From Alphaproteobacteria bacterium (GTDB lineage: Bacteria > Pseudomonadota > Alphaproteobacteria > Methylaequorales > Methylaequoraceae): DNA of 64,000 nt. The stretch's first letter is position 1, and each line of letters starts with the position of its first letter. The position numbers and the translations under genes are program-made. Shown here piece by piece: positions 32,487 through 42,842 of this stretch. Where the stretch lies: positions 101,988-165,987 of the forward strand of contig JBJKUS010000005.1 of NCBI GenBank assembly GCA_045563025.1, written 5' to 3'. The notes under the pieces are model-generated. The model did no database searches. It was not told the origin of the DNA and saw only the letters and a list, made by a program, of their open reading frames with translations.

Positions 32487-33296
32487 ATGGATTCAATAAT
32501 AAACTTAAAAGGCAAAAAAGGTGTAATTCTTGGAATTGCAAATGATAAATCTATTGCTTGGGGAATTGCAGACCAACTTCAAGAATGCGGGGCAAAATTA
32601 GCATTCTCTTATGTTAACGACTCAATAAAAAAAAGAGTAATACCACTTGCAGAAAAATGTAATTCAAATCTAATTTTTGAATGTGATGTTCAAAGTGATG
32701 AAAGCATCGACAATTTTTTTTTAAATATAGCAAAAGAATGGAACACAATTGATTTTTTAGTTCATTCAGTTGCATTTTCTGATAAAAATCAACTAAAGGG
32801 TTTTTATGTTGATACTAGCAGAGAAAACTTTCTAAATACTCTTAACGTTTCTTGTTATTCCCTTACAGCAATATGTCAAAGAGCGTCAAAACTTATGACT
32901 AATGGTGGTCAAATATTAACACTTTCTTATTTAGGTGCTGAGAGAGTAATGCCTCATTACAATGTGATGGGTGTTGCAAAATCTGCATTAGAAACAAGTG
33001 TCAAATATTTAGCAGAGGATTTAGGGAAAAAAAATATAAGGGTTAACGCAATCTCCGCTGGTCCGATTAAAACTTTGGCTGCATCGGGTATTTCTGATTT
33101 TAGATATATCCTAAAATGGAATGAATATAATTCTCCATTAAGAAGAAGCACTAATATTGAAGAAGTAGGTAAAAATTCAATTTATTTATTATCAAATTTA
33201 TCATCTGGTGTAACAGGTGAAACCGTTCATGTTGACTGTGGTTATCATGTGGTTGGTATGAAGGCAGTTGATGCACCTGATATAAGCGTTGAGTAA
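32487..33296 (+). CDS. fabI: Enoyl-[acyl-carrier-protein] reductase (NADH)
   Basis: [23 protein letters not shown]-terminus; Y..K catalytic pair region ([12 protein letters not shown]). Confidence 0.9.
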   Translation: MDSIINLKGKKGVILGIANDKSIAWGIADQLQECGAKLAFSYVNDSIKKRVIPLAEKCNSNLIFECDVQSDESIDNFFLNIAKEWNTIDFLVHSVAFSDKNQLKGFYVDTSRENFLNTLNVSCYSLTAICQRASKLMTNGGQILTLSYLGAERVMPHYNVMGVAKSALETSVKYLAEDLGKKNIRVNAISAGPIKTLAASGISDFRYILKWNEYNSPLRRSTNIEEVGKNSIYLLSNLSSGVTGETVHVDCGYHVVGMKAVDAPDISVE

Positions 33297-33298
33297 AA

Positions 33299-34372
33299 AT
33301 GACAGGAAATAGCTTTGGTAAAATTTTTAGAGTTACAACTTGGGGAGAAAGTCATGGAGCCGCACTTGGGTGCATTGTTGACGGTGTTCCTCCCAATATA
33401 TCGATTGATGAAAAATATATTCAGAAATTTCTGAACAAAAGAAAACCAGGACAATCAAAATACACAACTCAAAGAAAAGAAGATGATATAGTTGAAATTT
33501 TATCTGGAGTATTTAATGGAAAGACAACCGGAACCCCCATTTGTCTTCTTATAAGGAATAAGGATACTAGATCGAAGGATTATTCAGAAATTAAAGACAA
33601 GTTTAGACCTGGACACGCAGACTATACCTATCACCAAAAATATGGATTTAGAGATTATCGAGGAGGTGGAAGATCATCTGCAAGAGAAACAGCAGCTAGA
33701 GTGGCAGCAGGAGCAATAGCCAGAAAGATTTTAGGAAATAAAGTTAAAATTAGAGGTGCACTGATACAAATAGGTAAAAGTAAAGTTGATAAAAATAAAT
33801 GGAATTGGAACGAAATTGAAAAAAATGATTTTTTTTGCCCAGACAAATCTGCAGTTAAAAGTTGGGAAACTTACATTAGAGATATTAGAAAAAAGGGCTC
33901 ATCAGTTGGCGCCATCATTGAAATAAATATAACAGGAATAAAAGCAGGATTAGGAGAACCAGTTTTTGATAAGGTAGATGCATTGCTTTCCTTTGGCATA
34001 ATGAGCATACCAGCAGTCAAAGGAGTTGAAATTGGAGCTGGCTTTAAAAGTGCTGAACTTAGAGGGGAAGAAAATTCTGACCCAATTTCTTCCAAAAAAA
34101 ATAAAGTTTCTTTCTTGTCAAATAATTCTGGTGGAACACTCGGTGGAATAACATCTGGACAAGATATTATCGTTAGATTTGCTGTAAAACCAACAAGCTC
34201 TATTTTAATCCAAAAAGATACAATTGATGTCAAAGGAAAGAATACAAAGATTAAAACCGTCGGAAGACATGATCCATGTGTAGGCATTAGAGCTGTTCCC
34301 ATTGGAGAAGCAATGGTAGCAATAGTTTTAGCAGATTTAGAACTTATTCAAAAAAAAAATAGAAAGTTATAA
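33299..34372 (+). CDS. aroC: Chorismate synthase
   Basis: [26 protein letters not shown] signatures. Confidence 0.95.
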   Translation: MTGNSFGKIFRVTTWGESHGAALGCIVDGVPPNISIDEKYIQKFLNKRKPGQSKYTTQRKEDDIVEILSGVFNGKTTGTPICLLIRNKDTRSKDYSEIKDKFRPGHADYTYHQKYGFRDYRGGGRSSARETAARVAAGAIARKILGNKVKIRGALIQIGKSKVDKNKWNWNEIEKNDFFCPDKSAVKSWETYIRDIRKKGSSVGAIIEINITGIKAGLGEPVFDKVDALLSFGIMSIPAVKGVEIGAGFKSAELRGEENSDPISSKKNKVSFLSNNSGGTLGGITSGQDIIVRFAVKPTSSILIQKDTIDVKGKNTKIKTVGRHDPCVGIRAVPIGEAMVAIVLADLELIQKKNRKL

Positions 34373-35134
34373 AATACCAAAATAAGCAAGAAACTCTTTA
34401 TTGCCTTTTTGACCAGTAATAGGACTATCCATAATTCTCAAAAAATCAGGGTCAAACTTCTTATGGATCCAGCATTTGAAGTCCTCGCAAACATCTTTAT
34501 GAATTTTTTCGTCTTTGATAATGCCTCCACGGCTGACCAATTTTTTTTGCACCTCAAACTGTGGTTTAATTAAAACTAAAATTTGAAATTTTTTTTTTAA
34601 AAATCTCACATTAGGCTCAATTACTTTTTTTGCTGAAATAAAACTTACATCACATACTATTAAGTCAATAGGATCTAAAATCATTTCTGGTTTAATATAT
34701 CTAGCATTTGTTTTTTCGTACAATGTAATTTTTCTTGAAGATCTTAGTTTCCAATCAAACTGACCATAGCCGACATCAACTGCAAAAATTTTTTTTATTT
34801 TATTTTTTAAAAGAACATCACTAAATCCGCCAGTTGAACAACCAATATCTAGACATACTTTTCCTTCAACATTAATTTTAAATTTCTTTATGGCTGCATC
34901 TAGTTTTATACCTCCTCTTGAAACCCAATCTAAACTACTTTTTTTAAGATGTATTTTCTGATTTATTTTTATAATCTTCCCAGGTTTACTTACTTTTTCT
35001 TCTTCAACAAAAACATTACCTCTCATAATTAAAGATACAGCTTTTTGTCTAGAAGAAACTAAATTCATTTCGACTAATATTGAATCTAGTCTCTTATTCT
35101 TAAACTTTTCAGTTACAACTTTTGTGTCCGACAT
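34367..35134 (-). CDS. tlyA: TlyA-family 16S/23S rRNA (cytidine-2'-O)-methyltransferase
   Basis: N-terminal S4 domain [18 protein letters not shown] plus FtsJ-like MTase ([15 protein letters not shown]). Confidence 0.85.
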   Translation of the reverse strand: MSDTKVVTEKFKNKRLDSILVEMNLVSSRQKAVSLIMRGNVFVEEEKVSKPGKIIKINQKIHLKKSSLDWVSRGGIKLDAAIKKFKINVEGKVCLDIGCSTGGFSDVLLKNKIKKIFAVDVGYGQFDWKLRSSRKITLYEKTNARYIKPEMILDPIDLIVCDVSFISAKKVIEPNVRFLKKKFQILVLIKPQFEVQKKLVSRGGIIKDEKIHKDVCEDFKCWIHKKFDPDFLRIMDSPITGQKGNKEFLAYFGIL

Positions 35135-35137
35135 ACA

Positions 35138-36031
35138 CTATTTAGTTCTAGAAATAATAAACTCTGTTAAATTAATTAAATTTTCAGCTTTTTTTCCAAA
35201 TTTTTTTAGAATTTTTAGTGATTCATCTATTAATTCTTTAGATTTTTTTTTGGCATTTTCTTTTCCTAAAAGAGAAATTAAAGTCTCTTTACCCAGAGAA
35301 GAATCTTTCTGGGTTTTTTTTCCTATCTCTTTTTCATTTCCTTCAACATCTAAGAGATCATCTTTAATTTGAAAAGCTAAACCTAGGTTAGAGGAGAATT
35401 CCTCAAATAATCCAATTTCTACTTTTTTACTTGCAAGAATGCAAGGAGATACACAGGAAAATCTAAATAACTCTCCCGTTTTAAGCCTTTGAAGATTGTA
35501 AATTTGCTTAAGATTCAATTTTTTTTTTTCCGCCTCTAAATCTAGCATTTGTCCCCCCACCATACCTTCGCAACCTGATGACTTTGCCAACTCATTTATA
35601 AGCATAATTCTTTTGTTTGGATCATAATGCGTTTTTTCATCTGCTAGTATTTGGAAGGCCAATGTTTGAAATGCATCCCCAACTAAAACAGCAGTTGCCT
35701 CATCAAACATTTTATGACAGGTGGGATTACCTCTTCTTAAATCATCATTATCCATTGCAGGAAGGTCATCATGAACTAAAGAATAACAATGAATAAACTC
35801 AACACTAGCTGCAGCTCTAAATGCGTTTTCATTTTTTACGCCTAAGAGTTTAGAAATTTCAGTTAAAAAAATTGGTCTTAACCTCTTTCCACCAACTTCA
35901 ATTACATAGCTCATAGCTTTGTGTAAGTGCTTTGATGTGTTTTTTGCCGATGGAATTAATTCAATAAGACCTTTGTCAAATTTTTCAGAAAAAGATGATA
36001 ACAATTTCTGAGTATGATCTTTATCTTCCAT
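35138..36031 (-). CDS. ispA: Farnesyl diphosphate synthase / short-chain polyprenyl synthase
   Basis: FARM LVHDDLPAMDNDDLRRG and SARM FQIKDDLLD. Confidence 0.85.
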   Translation of the reverse strand: MEDKDHTQKLLSSFSEKFDKGLIELIPSAKNTSKHLHKAMSYVIEVGGKRLRPIFLTEISKLLGVKNENAFRAAASVEFIHCYSLVHDDLPAMDNDDLRRGNPTCHKMFDEATAVLVGDAFQTLAFQILADEKTHYDPNKRIMLINELAKSSGCEGMVGGQMLDLEAEKKKLNLKQIYNLQRLKTGELFRFSCVSPCILASKKVEIGLFEEFSSNLGLAFQIKDDLLDVEGNEKEIGKKTQKDSSLGKETLISLLGKENAKKKSKELIDESLKILKKFGKKAENLINLTEFIISRTK

Positions 36032-36256
36032 TTAAATAGGTTCTATTTTATTAGAAATGACTTTTTTTATTTTTACTTCCGCATTTTTCAATTTTTTTTC
36101 ACAATGGTTTTTTAAGAGAATACCTGTTTCATAATACTGTATTGATTCATCGAGACTAACCTCACTATTCTCCATTTTATTAACAATTTCGTTTAGCTTC
36201 TCGTATGCTTCTTCAAAACTCATTCCTTCTATATTTAATGATTCTATATCATTCAT
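36032..36256 (-). CDS. xseB: Exodeoxyribonuclease VII small subunit
   Basis: 74 aa, SFEEAYEKLNEIVNKMEN...LDESI pattern. Confidence 0.8.
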   Translation of the reverse strand: MNDIESLNIEGMSFEEAYEKLNEIVNKMENSEVSLDESIQYYETGILLKNHCEKKLKNAEVKIKKVISNKIEPI

Positions 36257-36489
36257 TAGTAAACTTTTTCAATTTTGTAGGTTAATTTATTTGTTTGTTT
36301 AACTTTATCCAATATTTTGATTTTAATGTTTTGAACTAATTCTTCAATGTCATTTTCAGCTTTTGGGTCGTCAACATTAACTATTAATATATCACCAACA
36401 TTAATTTTTTTAATATTTTTTGCAATTTTTAAAACAGGTATTGGACATTTAAGTCCAATTAAGTCTAACTTTACTTGTTTTTTTCTCAT
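36256..36489 (-). CDS. TusA-like sulfurtransferase
   Basis: 77 aa, LDLIGLKCPIP (CPxP) motif. Confidence 0.8.
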   Translation of the reverse strand: MRKKQVKLDLIGLKCPIPVLKIAKNIKKINVGDILIVNVDDPKAENDIEELVQNIKIKILDKVKQTNKLTYKIEKVY

Positions 36490-36575
36490 AGTATGGATAA
36501 TTTAATAATATATAATTTGTAATAAGATTGATAACAAATTAATTATTAAATAAGATATTTTATTAAGGATATATT

Positions 36576-37535
36576 ATGAAATTGCTAATCTCTCTTTTAT
36601 TTAGTTTTTTATTTTTTGTAGGTGTAAATGCTCAGACTATAAAAATAGGATCACTTCAATATGGAAGTGTAAATTGGGAATTAAAATTAATTAAGGAATT
36701 AGAGTTAGACAAAAAAAATGGCATTGACCTTGAAATAGTAGAGTTAGCCAGTAAGAATGCTGCCGCTGTTGCTTTGCAGGGTGGAGCTGTCGATCTTATT
36801 GTAACTGATTGGTTTTGGGTTTCAAGACAAAGAAATGAAGGCAGGCTTTTCAGCTTCGTTCCTCATTCTATGGCCGCCGGGGGTCTAATTGCTTCAACAA
36901 ATTCAAAAATCTCTCAAGATATTGATCTAAAGAATAAAAAGATAGGAATAGCAGGTGGACAAGTTGATAAAGGTTGGTTGATATTTAGAGCTTTCTATAA
37001 AAAAAAATATGGTGAAGATCTTATAAAACTTAGTAAACCAATATTTGGCGCTCCTCCACTTCTAAATAAAAAATTAAAACAAAATAGTTTTGATGCAATA
37101 CTTACTTATTGGCCTTACCAGGCAAAACTATTGACAGATGATAATTTTAAAAAAGTAATCGATATTAGAGATATTTTAAGTGAGTTAGGAATACCTAGAG
37201 GAATGCCAGTAATTGGGTGGGTTTTTAAAGAAAAGTGGGTAGGTGAATCAGAAGAAGTTTTTAAAAATTTCTTAAAAGCTTCAGACGAGGCAAAAAGGCT
37301 TATGCTCGAATCTGATGATATTTGGGAGAAAGTGCGTCCTTACATGAATGCATCAGATGATAAATTATTTAAAAATCTCAGAGATATTTATAGAGAAGGT
37401 ATCCCTACAGGTAAATTCACAGATAACCAACTAGAGGGTTCAAAAAAACTTTACTCAATTCTTTCAAAAATTGGTGGAAAAGAGTTAGTTGGTAAAGCAA
37501 CCGAGTTATCTCCAGGAACTTTCTGGAGAAACTAA
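36576..37535 (+). CDS. ABC transporter substrate-binding protein (NitT/TauT, NMT1/THI5-like fold)
   Basis: Signal peptide, periplasmic SBP fold, first gene of an SBP-permease-ATPase operon. Confidence 0.7.
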   Translation: MKLLISLLFSFLFFVGVNAQTIKIGSLQYGSVNWELKLIKELELDKKNGIDLEIVELASKNAAAVALQGGAVDLIVTDWFWVSRQRNEGRLFSFVPHSMAAGGLIASTNSKISQDIDLKNKKIGIAGGQVDKGWLIFRAFYKKKYGEDLIKLSKPIFGAPPLLNKKLKQNSFDAILTYWPYQAKLLTDDNFKKVIDIRDILSELGIPRGMPVIGWVFKEKWVGESEEVFKNFLKASDEAKRLMLESDDIWEKVRPYMNASDDKLFKNLRDIYREGIPTGKFTDNQLEGSKKLYSILSKIGGKELVGKATELSPGTFWRN

Positions 37536-37537
37536 AA

Positions 37538-38287
37538 ATGAATGCCTTCAGCTCTAATGCAGTTTTGAGGATTGCATCGATTCTCTCGTTTTTTCTAATT
37601 TGGCATCTAGCCAGTATTTTCGTTGATGTTGAGCTTCTTCCAGGTCCAGATGAAGTTTCAAAAAAGATTATTGAGGAGGCAAAAAGTTCCGAACTTTTTT
37701 TTCATACCCTCATAACTCTTAAAAGGGTCTCCATTTCATTTATTATAGCAATGCTAATAGGAACTTTTTTTGGTTTATATATGGGTAGAAATGAAAGAGC
37801 TAATACCATCCTTGATGATTGGCTTGTTTTAGGGCTTAACGTTCCTGCATTAGTAATTATTATTTTATGTTATGTATGGTTTGGTTTAAATGAAATGGCA
37901 GCAATCCTTGCAGTTTCACTTAACAAAATCCCAATGGTAGCAGTTATTATGAGAGAGGGCTCAAGAGCTATAGAAAAAGATTATTTGGATGTTGGAAAGT
38001 TCTACAAAATTGGGAAAAATAAGCTTTTTTTAAAGGTAATTTTGCCACAATTGTATCCTTACCTTTTATCCTCAGCAAGATCTGGTTTGTCGTTAATATG
38101 GAAAATTGTTTTAGTTGTAGAGTTATTAGGTAGAAGTAATGGAGTTGGTTTCAAGTTATATGGTTTTTTTCAATTCTTTGACATTTCAGGAATTCTCGCG
38201 TATACACTTGCTTTTGTAATTTTAATAATATTTGTCGAATTCTTACTAATTAGACCCTTTGAAAGAAAAATGTCGGTGTGGAAGTAA
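37538..38287 (+). CDS. ABC transporter permease (NitT/TauT family)
   Basis: 249 aa, 6 TM, EAA-like loop region. Confidence 0.8.
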   Translation: MNAFSSNAVLRIASILSFFLIWHLASIFVDVELLPGPDEVSKKIIEEAKSSELFFHTLITLKRVSISFIIAMLIGTFFGLYMGRNERANTILDDWLVLGLNVPALVIIILCYVWFGLNEMAAILAVSLNKIPMVAVIMREGSRAIEKDYLDVGKFYKIGKNKLFLKVILPQLYPYLLSSARSGLSLIWKIVLVVELLGRSNGVGFKLYGFFQFFDISGILAYTLAFVILIIFVEFLLIRPFERKMSVWK

Positions 38288-38288
38288 A

Positions 38289-39041
38289 ATGAGTTTTACC
38301 ATAAAAATTAAAGAAAAAACATTTCACAACAAACACAATGATTCTAAAATATTAGTTCTCAAAGACATTGACATCAGAATTAAAACAAACGAATTTTTGT
38401 GTATAGTTGGTCCATCAGGGTGTGGAAAAACCACTCTAATGAATATGATAGGAGGCTTAGTTAAAAGTGATGGTCAAATGCTTAAATTTAATAATAATCC
38501 AAACAATGAAGATGAAAATTTTGGTTATGTCTTTCAAACCTCAAGATTACTTCCCTGGTTAACTGTAAAAGAAAATGTTGCCTTAGTATGTAACAAAAAA
38601 GAAATAGATGAATACCAAATTGAAGACATTTTAGAGAGCTTTGGTTTGAAAGATTTTATAAACTATTATCCAAAATCAATTTCTGGAGGAATGAGACGAA
38701 GGGTTTCGTTGGCGAGAGCATTTATTAATAACCCAAAAGTTTTATTAATGGATGAGCCGTTTGTATCGCTAGATCAACCAACGGCTGAGAATTTATATGA
38801 AGTTTTAATAAATTATTGGAAAAAAACAAAAACTACAATTATTTTAATCACTCACGTACTCAAGGAAGCAATTCTCCTAGGTGATAGAATACTATTCTTT
38901 TCTAAAAACCCTGGCACCGTTGTATTTGATTACCAAGTAAAATCAAACAGAAATAACCTTAGTGTTGAAAGTAAATTGGTAAACAAAGAATACTTAGAGT
39001 TAACAAAAAAATACCCAAACCTGTTGAATGGTTTGTTGTGA
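38289..39041 (+). CDS. ABC transporter ATP-binding protein
   Basis: GPSGCGKTT Walker A, LSGGMRRRVSLARA signature, LLMDEPF Walker B. The start is set to the second Met of the track ORF. Confidence 0.85.
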   Translation: MSFTIKIKEKTFHNKHNDSKILVLKDIDIRIKTNEFLCIVGPSGCGKTTLMNMIGGLVKSDGQMLKFNNNPNNEDENFGYVFQTSRLLPWLTVKENVALVCNKKEIDEYQIEDILESFGLKDFINYYPKSISGGMRRRVSLARAFINNPKVLLMDEPFVSLDQPTAENLYEVLINYWKKTKTTIILITHVLKEAILLGDRILFFSKNPGTVVFDYQVKSNRNNLSVESKLVNKEYLELTKKYPNLLNGLL

Positions 39042-39658
39042 ATGTTATAGATACATAAAAAAAATGGGTGAATTTCAAAACTATATTGATAAGGGTGGTG
39101 TGATCTTTACCATTCTGCTGGTTATGTCAGCCATTGGAACGACTATAATTTTATACAAATTTATAGAATTATACTTATTTGATAACGATAAATTTCTTAA
39201 TTGTGATGAACTACTTGATCAGTCTAAAAACATTTCTGATTTTAAAGAACATTTAACAGGTTTAGAAAAAAGTAATTTTCTAAGTAAGGTTTTAACAGTA
39301 TTAGATAGGAAAACCCCAGCTGACAATGATGAAATCTTTAGTTTAATCGAGAAAGGAAATCGAAAAGTCGCAAAAACTCATGCCCACCTTGGAAATAATT
39401 GCTCAGGTCAGCCCTCTAATCGGTTTATTGGGAACAGTGATTGGAATGATTGACTCATTCAACGAGTTAGAATTAGGAGGTAGTCTGGTGGATCCATCCA
39501 TTTTAGCAGGAGGTATTTGGACAGCTTTATTAACAACAGCAATGGGTCTAATAGTGGCAATTCCTGCTTTGATTAGTCATTACTTTTTTGACAGGAAAAT
39601 TATGCAAAAATACAAGCGAACAGAAACAATAATTTTCAGAATTAAAAGTATAGCTTAG
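39028..39658 (+). pseudogene. exbB: ExbB/TolQ (MotA family) proton-channel gene interrupted by a frameshift near 39385
   Basis: The N-terminal part lies in the ORF 39028..39453. The conserved LEIIAQVSPLIGLLGTVIGM...GIWTALLTTAMGLIVAIPAL continues in ORF 39380..39658, a different frame. Confidence 0.6.
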
Positions 39659-39670
39659 TTTTCATTTACA

Positions 39671-39964
39671 GTGCAAAACCAAAATAAAAAATTAAAAATT
39701 AATATTATACCCTTGATAGATATTATTTTCTTAATGCTCGTTTTTTTTATGTTAGCAACAAATTTCAATGAGAAAAGAGAGTTGGATTTTTCAATAGAAA
39801 AAAAAATAGGAGAAAGTTCCGAACTTGAGAAAACGATAATTATCAACATTAAGAATAATGAATTTCTCTATAATAACAAGATTTTAGGAAAAAGAGAATT
39901 TAGAGCAAGATTTATTAAAGATTTGGAAGAGTTCAAATTCCAAGAATTTTGTAATCCTAAATGA
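39671..39964 (+). CDS. exbD: ExbD/TolR biopolymer transport protein
   Basis: 97 aa, INIIPLIDIIFLMLVFFM TM motif. Confidence 0.8.
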   Translation: MQNQNKKLKINIIPLIDIIFLMLVFFMLATNFNEKRELDFSIEKKIGESSELEKTIIINIKNNEFLYNNKILGKREFRARFIKDLEEFKFQEFCNPK

Positions 39965-40044
39965 CAAATCTTCTGAAATAGAAAATTTGATTAAAATCTT
40001 AGATATTTTGAAAGTCAACAAAATAAAAAATGTAACATTTTCTG

Positions 40045-40446
40045 ATGATCCGAAAAAAGAGAAATAGTAAAAAAATAAACTTTGGTGATTCTGTTAATTT
40101 AATCCCAATGATAAATATTATCTTTTTATTATTAATTTTTTTTTTATTGACAGGAGTTATTCAGAAAAAAAATGAATCAAACATTTCTTTGCCTGAATCC
40201 TTTTTTGGAAAAAAGAAAGTTAATGAAAAAAAAGAACTAACTATAAGTTCAGACGGGAAAATTTTATTTAAAAATTCTCCTTCTAACTTAGATTCCATAA
40301 AGTCAATGAAAATTATTTCTGATGAAATATTAGTTATAAATATTGATGAAAAAGCAAAAATTAGAAGATTTAATGAAATAGTTAATATCTTTAAATCTAA
40401 GGGACTAAAAAAAATATACATAAATGTGAAGCACAAAAATGATTAG
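40045..40446 (+). CDS. exbD: ExbD/TolR biopolymer transport protein (second copy)
   Basis: 133 aa, NLIPMINIIFLLLIFFLLTG TM motif plus periplasmic domain. Confidence 0.8.
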   Translation: MIRKKRNSKKINFGDSVNLIPMINIIFLLLIFFLLTGVIQKKNESNISLPESFFGKKKVNEKKELTISSDGKILFKNSPSNLDSIKSMKIISDEILVINIDEKAKIRRFNEIVNIFKSKGLKKIYINVKHKND

Positions 40447-41170
40447 ACTAAATCAACTCTTTATTGCCTCTGGCCTTTCATTAATGATTCACGGCTTTTT
40501 TATATATCAATTTGAGGAATCAAAAAAAGTTGAAGAAATTTATGTTGTTGACCTCAGTTCACATAAAGAATTCAAACCAAAAGAGATTCCGAAGAAAAAA
40601 ACAAAAAAAGTTAATAATCAACTCAACAAAAAAACCTTAAAGAAAGAGGAAATAAAAAAAGAAAAAGATGTTATTCCAATAAAAAAGAAAGAAATAAAAA
40701 AAGAAATAAAAGAAATTGAAACCAAAAACCAAATCAACCCTGAGAAACCAAAGATAATTGAAAAAAAAAAAGTAAAAAAAATAGAAAAAGTTGAAAGCAA
40801 TGAAAGAAATAAATTTAGTTTAGGTCAAAAAAAATCTACTGCTAACAACAACGCAAAAAAACTTTTAATTGATCAAAAAATCAAATCGTTTCTAATTCAA
40901 ATTTCTGAAGAAATTAATAAGATTGCTATGAGGTCATACCCCATACAATCTATTAAAAGAAGAGAACAAGGAACCATCATCGCTGTGATTGTTTTAAATG
41001 CTAATGGAAATCTATTAGACATTAGTTTTGAAAACAGAAGACCTAGGCGATTACACGAGAAAACAAAGGAAATAATTAAAAATTATAAATTTCCTAAACC
41101 ACCGTCCTTAATTTTCGAGACCAAAGAAACTCTGAAGATAAAAATTCCCGTTAATTTTATCTTGAGATAA
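40439..41170 (+). CDS. tonB: TonB-like energy transducer with Lys/Glu-rich (not Pro-rich) linker
   Basis: N-terminal TM (LFIASGLSLMIHGFFIY), low-complexity KKEEIKKEK... spacer, C-terminal TonB_C-like domain (YPIQSIKRREQGTIIAVIVLNANGNLLDISF). Confidence 0.65.
   Translation: MIRLNQLFIASGLSLMIHGFFIYQFEESKKVEEIYVVDLSSHKEFKPKEIPKKKTKKVNNQLNKKTLKKEEIKKEKDVIPIKKKEIKKEIKEIETKNQINPEKPKIIEKKKVKKIEKVESNERNKFSLGQKKSTANNNAKKLLIDQKIKSFLIQISEEINKIAMRSYPIQSIKRREQGTIIAVIVLNANGNLLDISFENRRPRRLHEKTKEIIKNYKFPKPPSLIFETKETLKIKIPVNFILR
40590..40800 (+). repeat. Low-complexity Lys/Glu/Ile-rich coding repeat inside tonB-like gene
   Basis: Reiterated KKEIKKE / KKKVKKIEK units in translation; A-rich purine tract in DNA. 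Confidence 0.6.
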
Positions 41171-41176
41171 TGAGGC

Positions 41177-41196
41177 CTGTTGTAAATATACAACAG
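41177..41196 (+). terminator. Hairpin downstream of tonB-like gene (putative terminator)
   Basis: CTGTTGTA-aata-TACAACAG perfect 8-bp stem followed by an AT/T-rich tail. Confidence 0.45.
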
Positions 41197-41304
41197 ATAT
41201 ATGCTTTTAATATGTGATATGCCATTTATTTCTTCAATAATCGATATTTTCTAATATGATGAGATGGATATTATTTAAATACTAACTATAAGGAAGGAAA
41301 TAAT

Positions 41305-42780
41305 ATGAATATTAAAAAGAAAATTGCTTTAGCTGCTATACCTGCTGTTATGGCTCTTTCCGCAACTGATGTAAGCTCAAAAGTCTTACTTATGAGTGAC
41401 AGCGGCTGGGAAGTGTCTTTCGACGGTGCTGCTAACGCATTTCATACAACCATACCTCAACAGGAACTATGGAAACGCTAGGCTGACTACAACGAGTATA
41501 CAACTGGTGGTGAAACTGACGGCCTCAGGTATTATCCAAGGTGGTGGTGAATCTGGTAACGTTGTAAACCGTGGTGGCATGTCCAAAACTTGGACAGGGT
41601 GCAGGTGGATCTGATATTTCAGGTCAATCTCTGTCGGTCTATTACCAAACGTATGGGGTTTCACTGTAAAAGCTCCAACTAAAAGTGGTTTAGACGTTTC
41701 AGGTCGTTTGGGTCTTATACACACACATGAACGGCGACTGGTGCTTCAGCATGAAGCTAACAGTAGTAAACATTCGTGAAACTTCACTTAACTGTTGCAG
41801 GGTCTTTCGGTTCTGTTCTAATGGGAAGAAGTTTAGGCATTCACCAGTCAAACGCCATCTCTAAACGATATGACGCTATTTGGTGTCGGTGCCGCTGCAG
41901 GTAACATCGTCACTGGTACTACATCTAGGTAGAATTGGTGTAGGATACGTCTACGCTGACTGGTATCCACAAATCACTTGGACGACTCCAGGTCTTAGGA
42001 CCAATTGGAGCTAAAATTGGTATTTTACAAGCGACTCCGCTTCAGTCTAGTACTGGTGCCGACGCAACAAATACAAAATACCCAAGAGTCGAAGCTCAGT
42101 TAGACTATACGGTTGAAGTAGGCGGTCTTAGGCGGTTACGTTTGGGTTGATGGTCAATACCAGAACGTCGATGCGAGATACATTGGGCTGAGAGTCTAAG
42201 CTTTACCGAAGCAAGAAACACTGGTAGTTCGTAACCTTAAGTGGTGTAGCTAGCACGTTGCAGTCGGCGACGAATCAGTCTGAAGGCATTGAAGTGGGTG
42301 GAGTATGGTTTCGGTACGAGATTAACATTCCAAGGCTTCAAACTAGTTGCTTCTGGTTTCTATAACCAAGGATATAGGCTCATGCAGTTGCAAGGTAACA
42401 CAAATGGCGGCGCTTATTCCGGATCTCTTGATGAGAGAGGTAAAGCCTAGACACTTCTATGGTGGGTACATCCAAGGTACATATGACTTCGGTCAAGGTA
42501 CAAACGTAGGTTATTCTTACGGTTCCAACCACTCAAGTTCAAACCGGACAGGATGCAGGTGAACTCAACCAACGTTACACACTTGGTGGCGGTGGCACTG
42601 CAGTTAGAACAGATGCTCTATCCAAAACTATGTTGAGTCACACATGGGTATGATCTGGCACAATGTCACTGATGACTTCAGAGTAATCGCCGAAGGTGTA
42701 TTCTTCAGAGAGCGCACTGGCATGGTGCTGGTTCACAAGAAAGCACACAGGTATCTGTTGGTGCATTCTTTTTCTGGTAG
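41305..42780 (+). pseudogene. Porin-like Gly-rich outer-membrane beta-barrel gene, disrupted by about 10 frameshifts/stops
   Basis: Strong RBS AGGAAGGA 7 nt upstream of ATG. Signal peptide MNIKKKIALAAIPAVMALSA. Gly-rich segments appear in all three + frames (TASGIIQGGGESGNVVNRGG; LGQGAGGSDISGQSLSVYYQTYG; FGVGAAAGNIVTGTT; GGYVWVDGQYQNVDARYIGL; FYGGYIQGTYDFGQGTNVGYSYGS; LGGGGTAVRTDALS). The sequence ends ...VSVGAFFFW-stop, the aromatic C-terminal signature of beta-barrel proteins. GC is elevated. No ORF over 72 aa exists in the track. Confidence 0.6.
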
Positions 42781-42810
42781 AATTTTTACCTGAGAATAAA
42801 CTATACACTT

Positions 42811-42842
42811 AGGGGAAGGTTTTATTAGCCTTCCCTTTTTGT
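42811..42842 (+). terminator. Rho-independent terminator of the porin-like gene
   Basis: GGGGAAGG-ttttattag-CCTTCCC followed by TTTTT. Confidence 0.75.
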
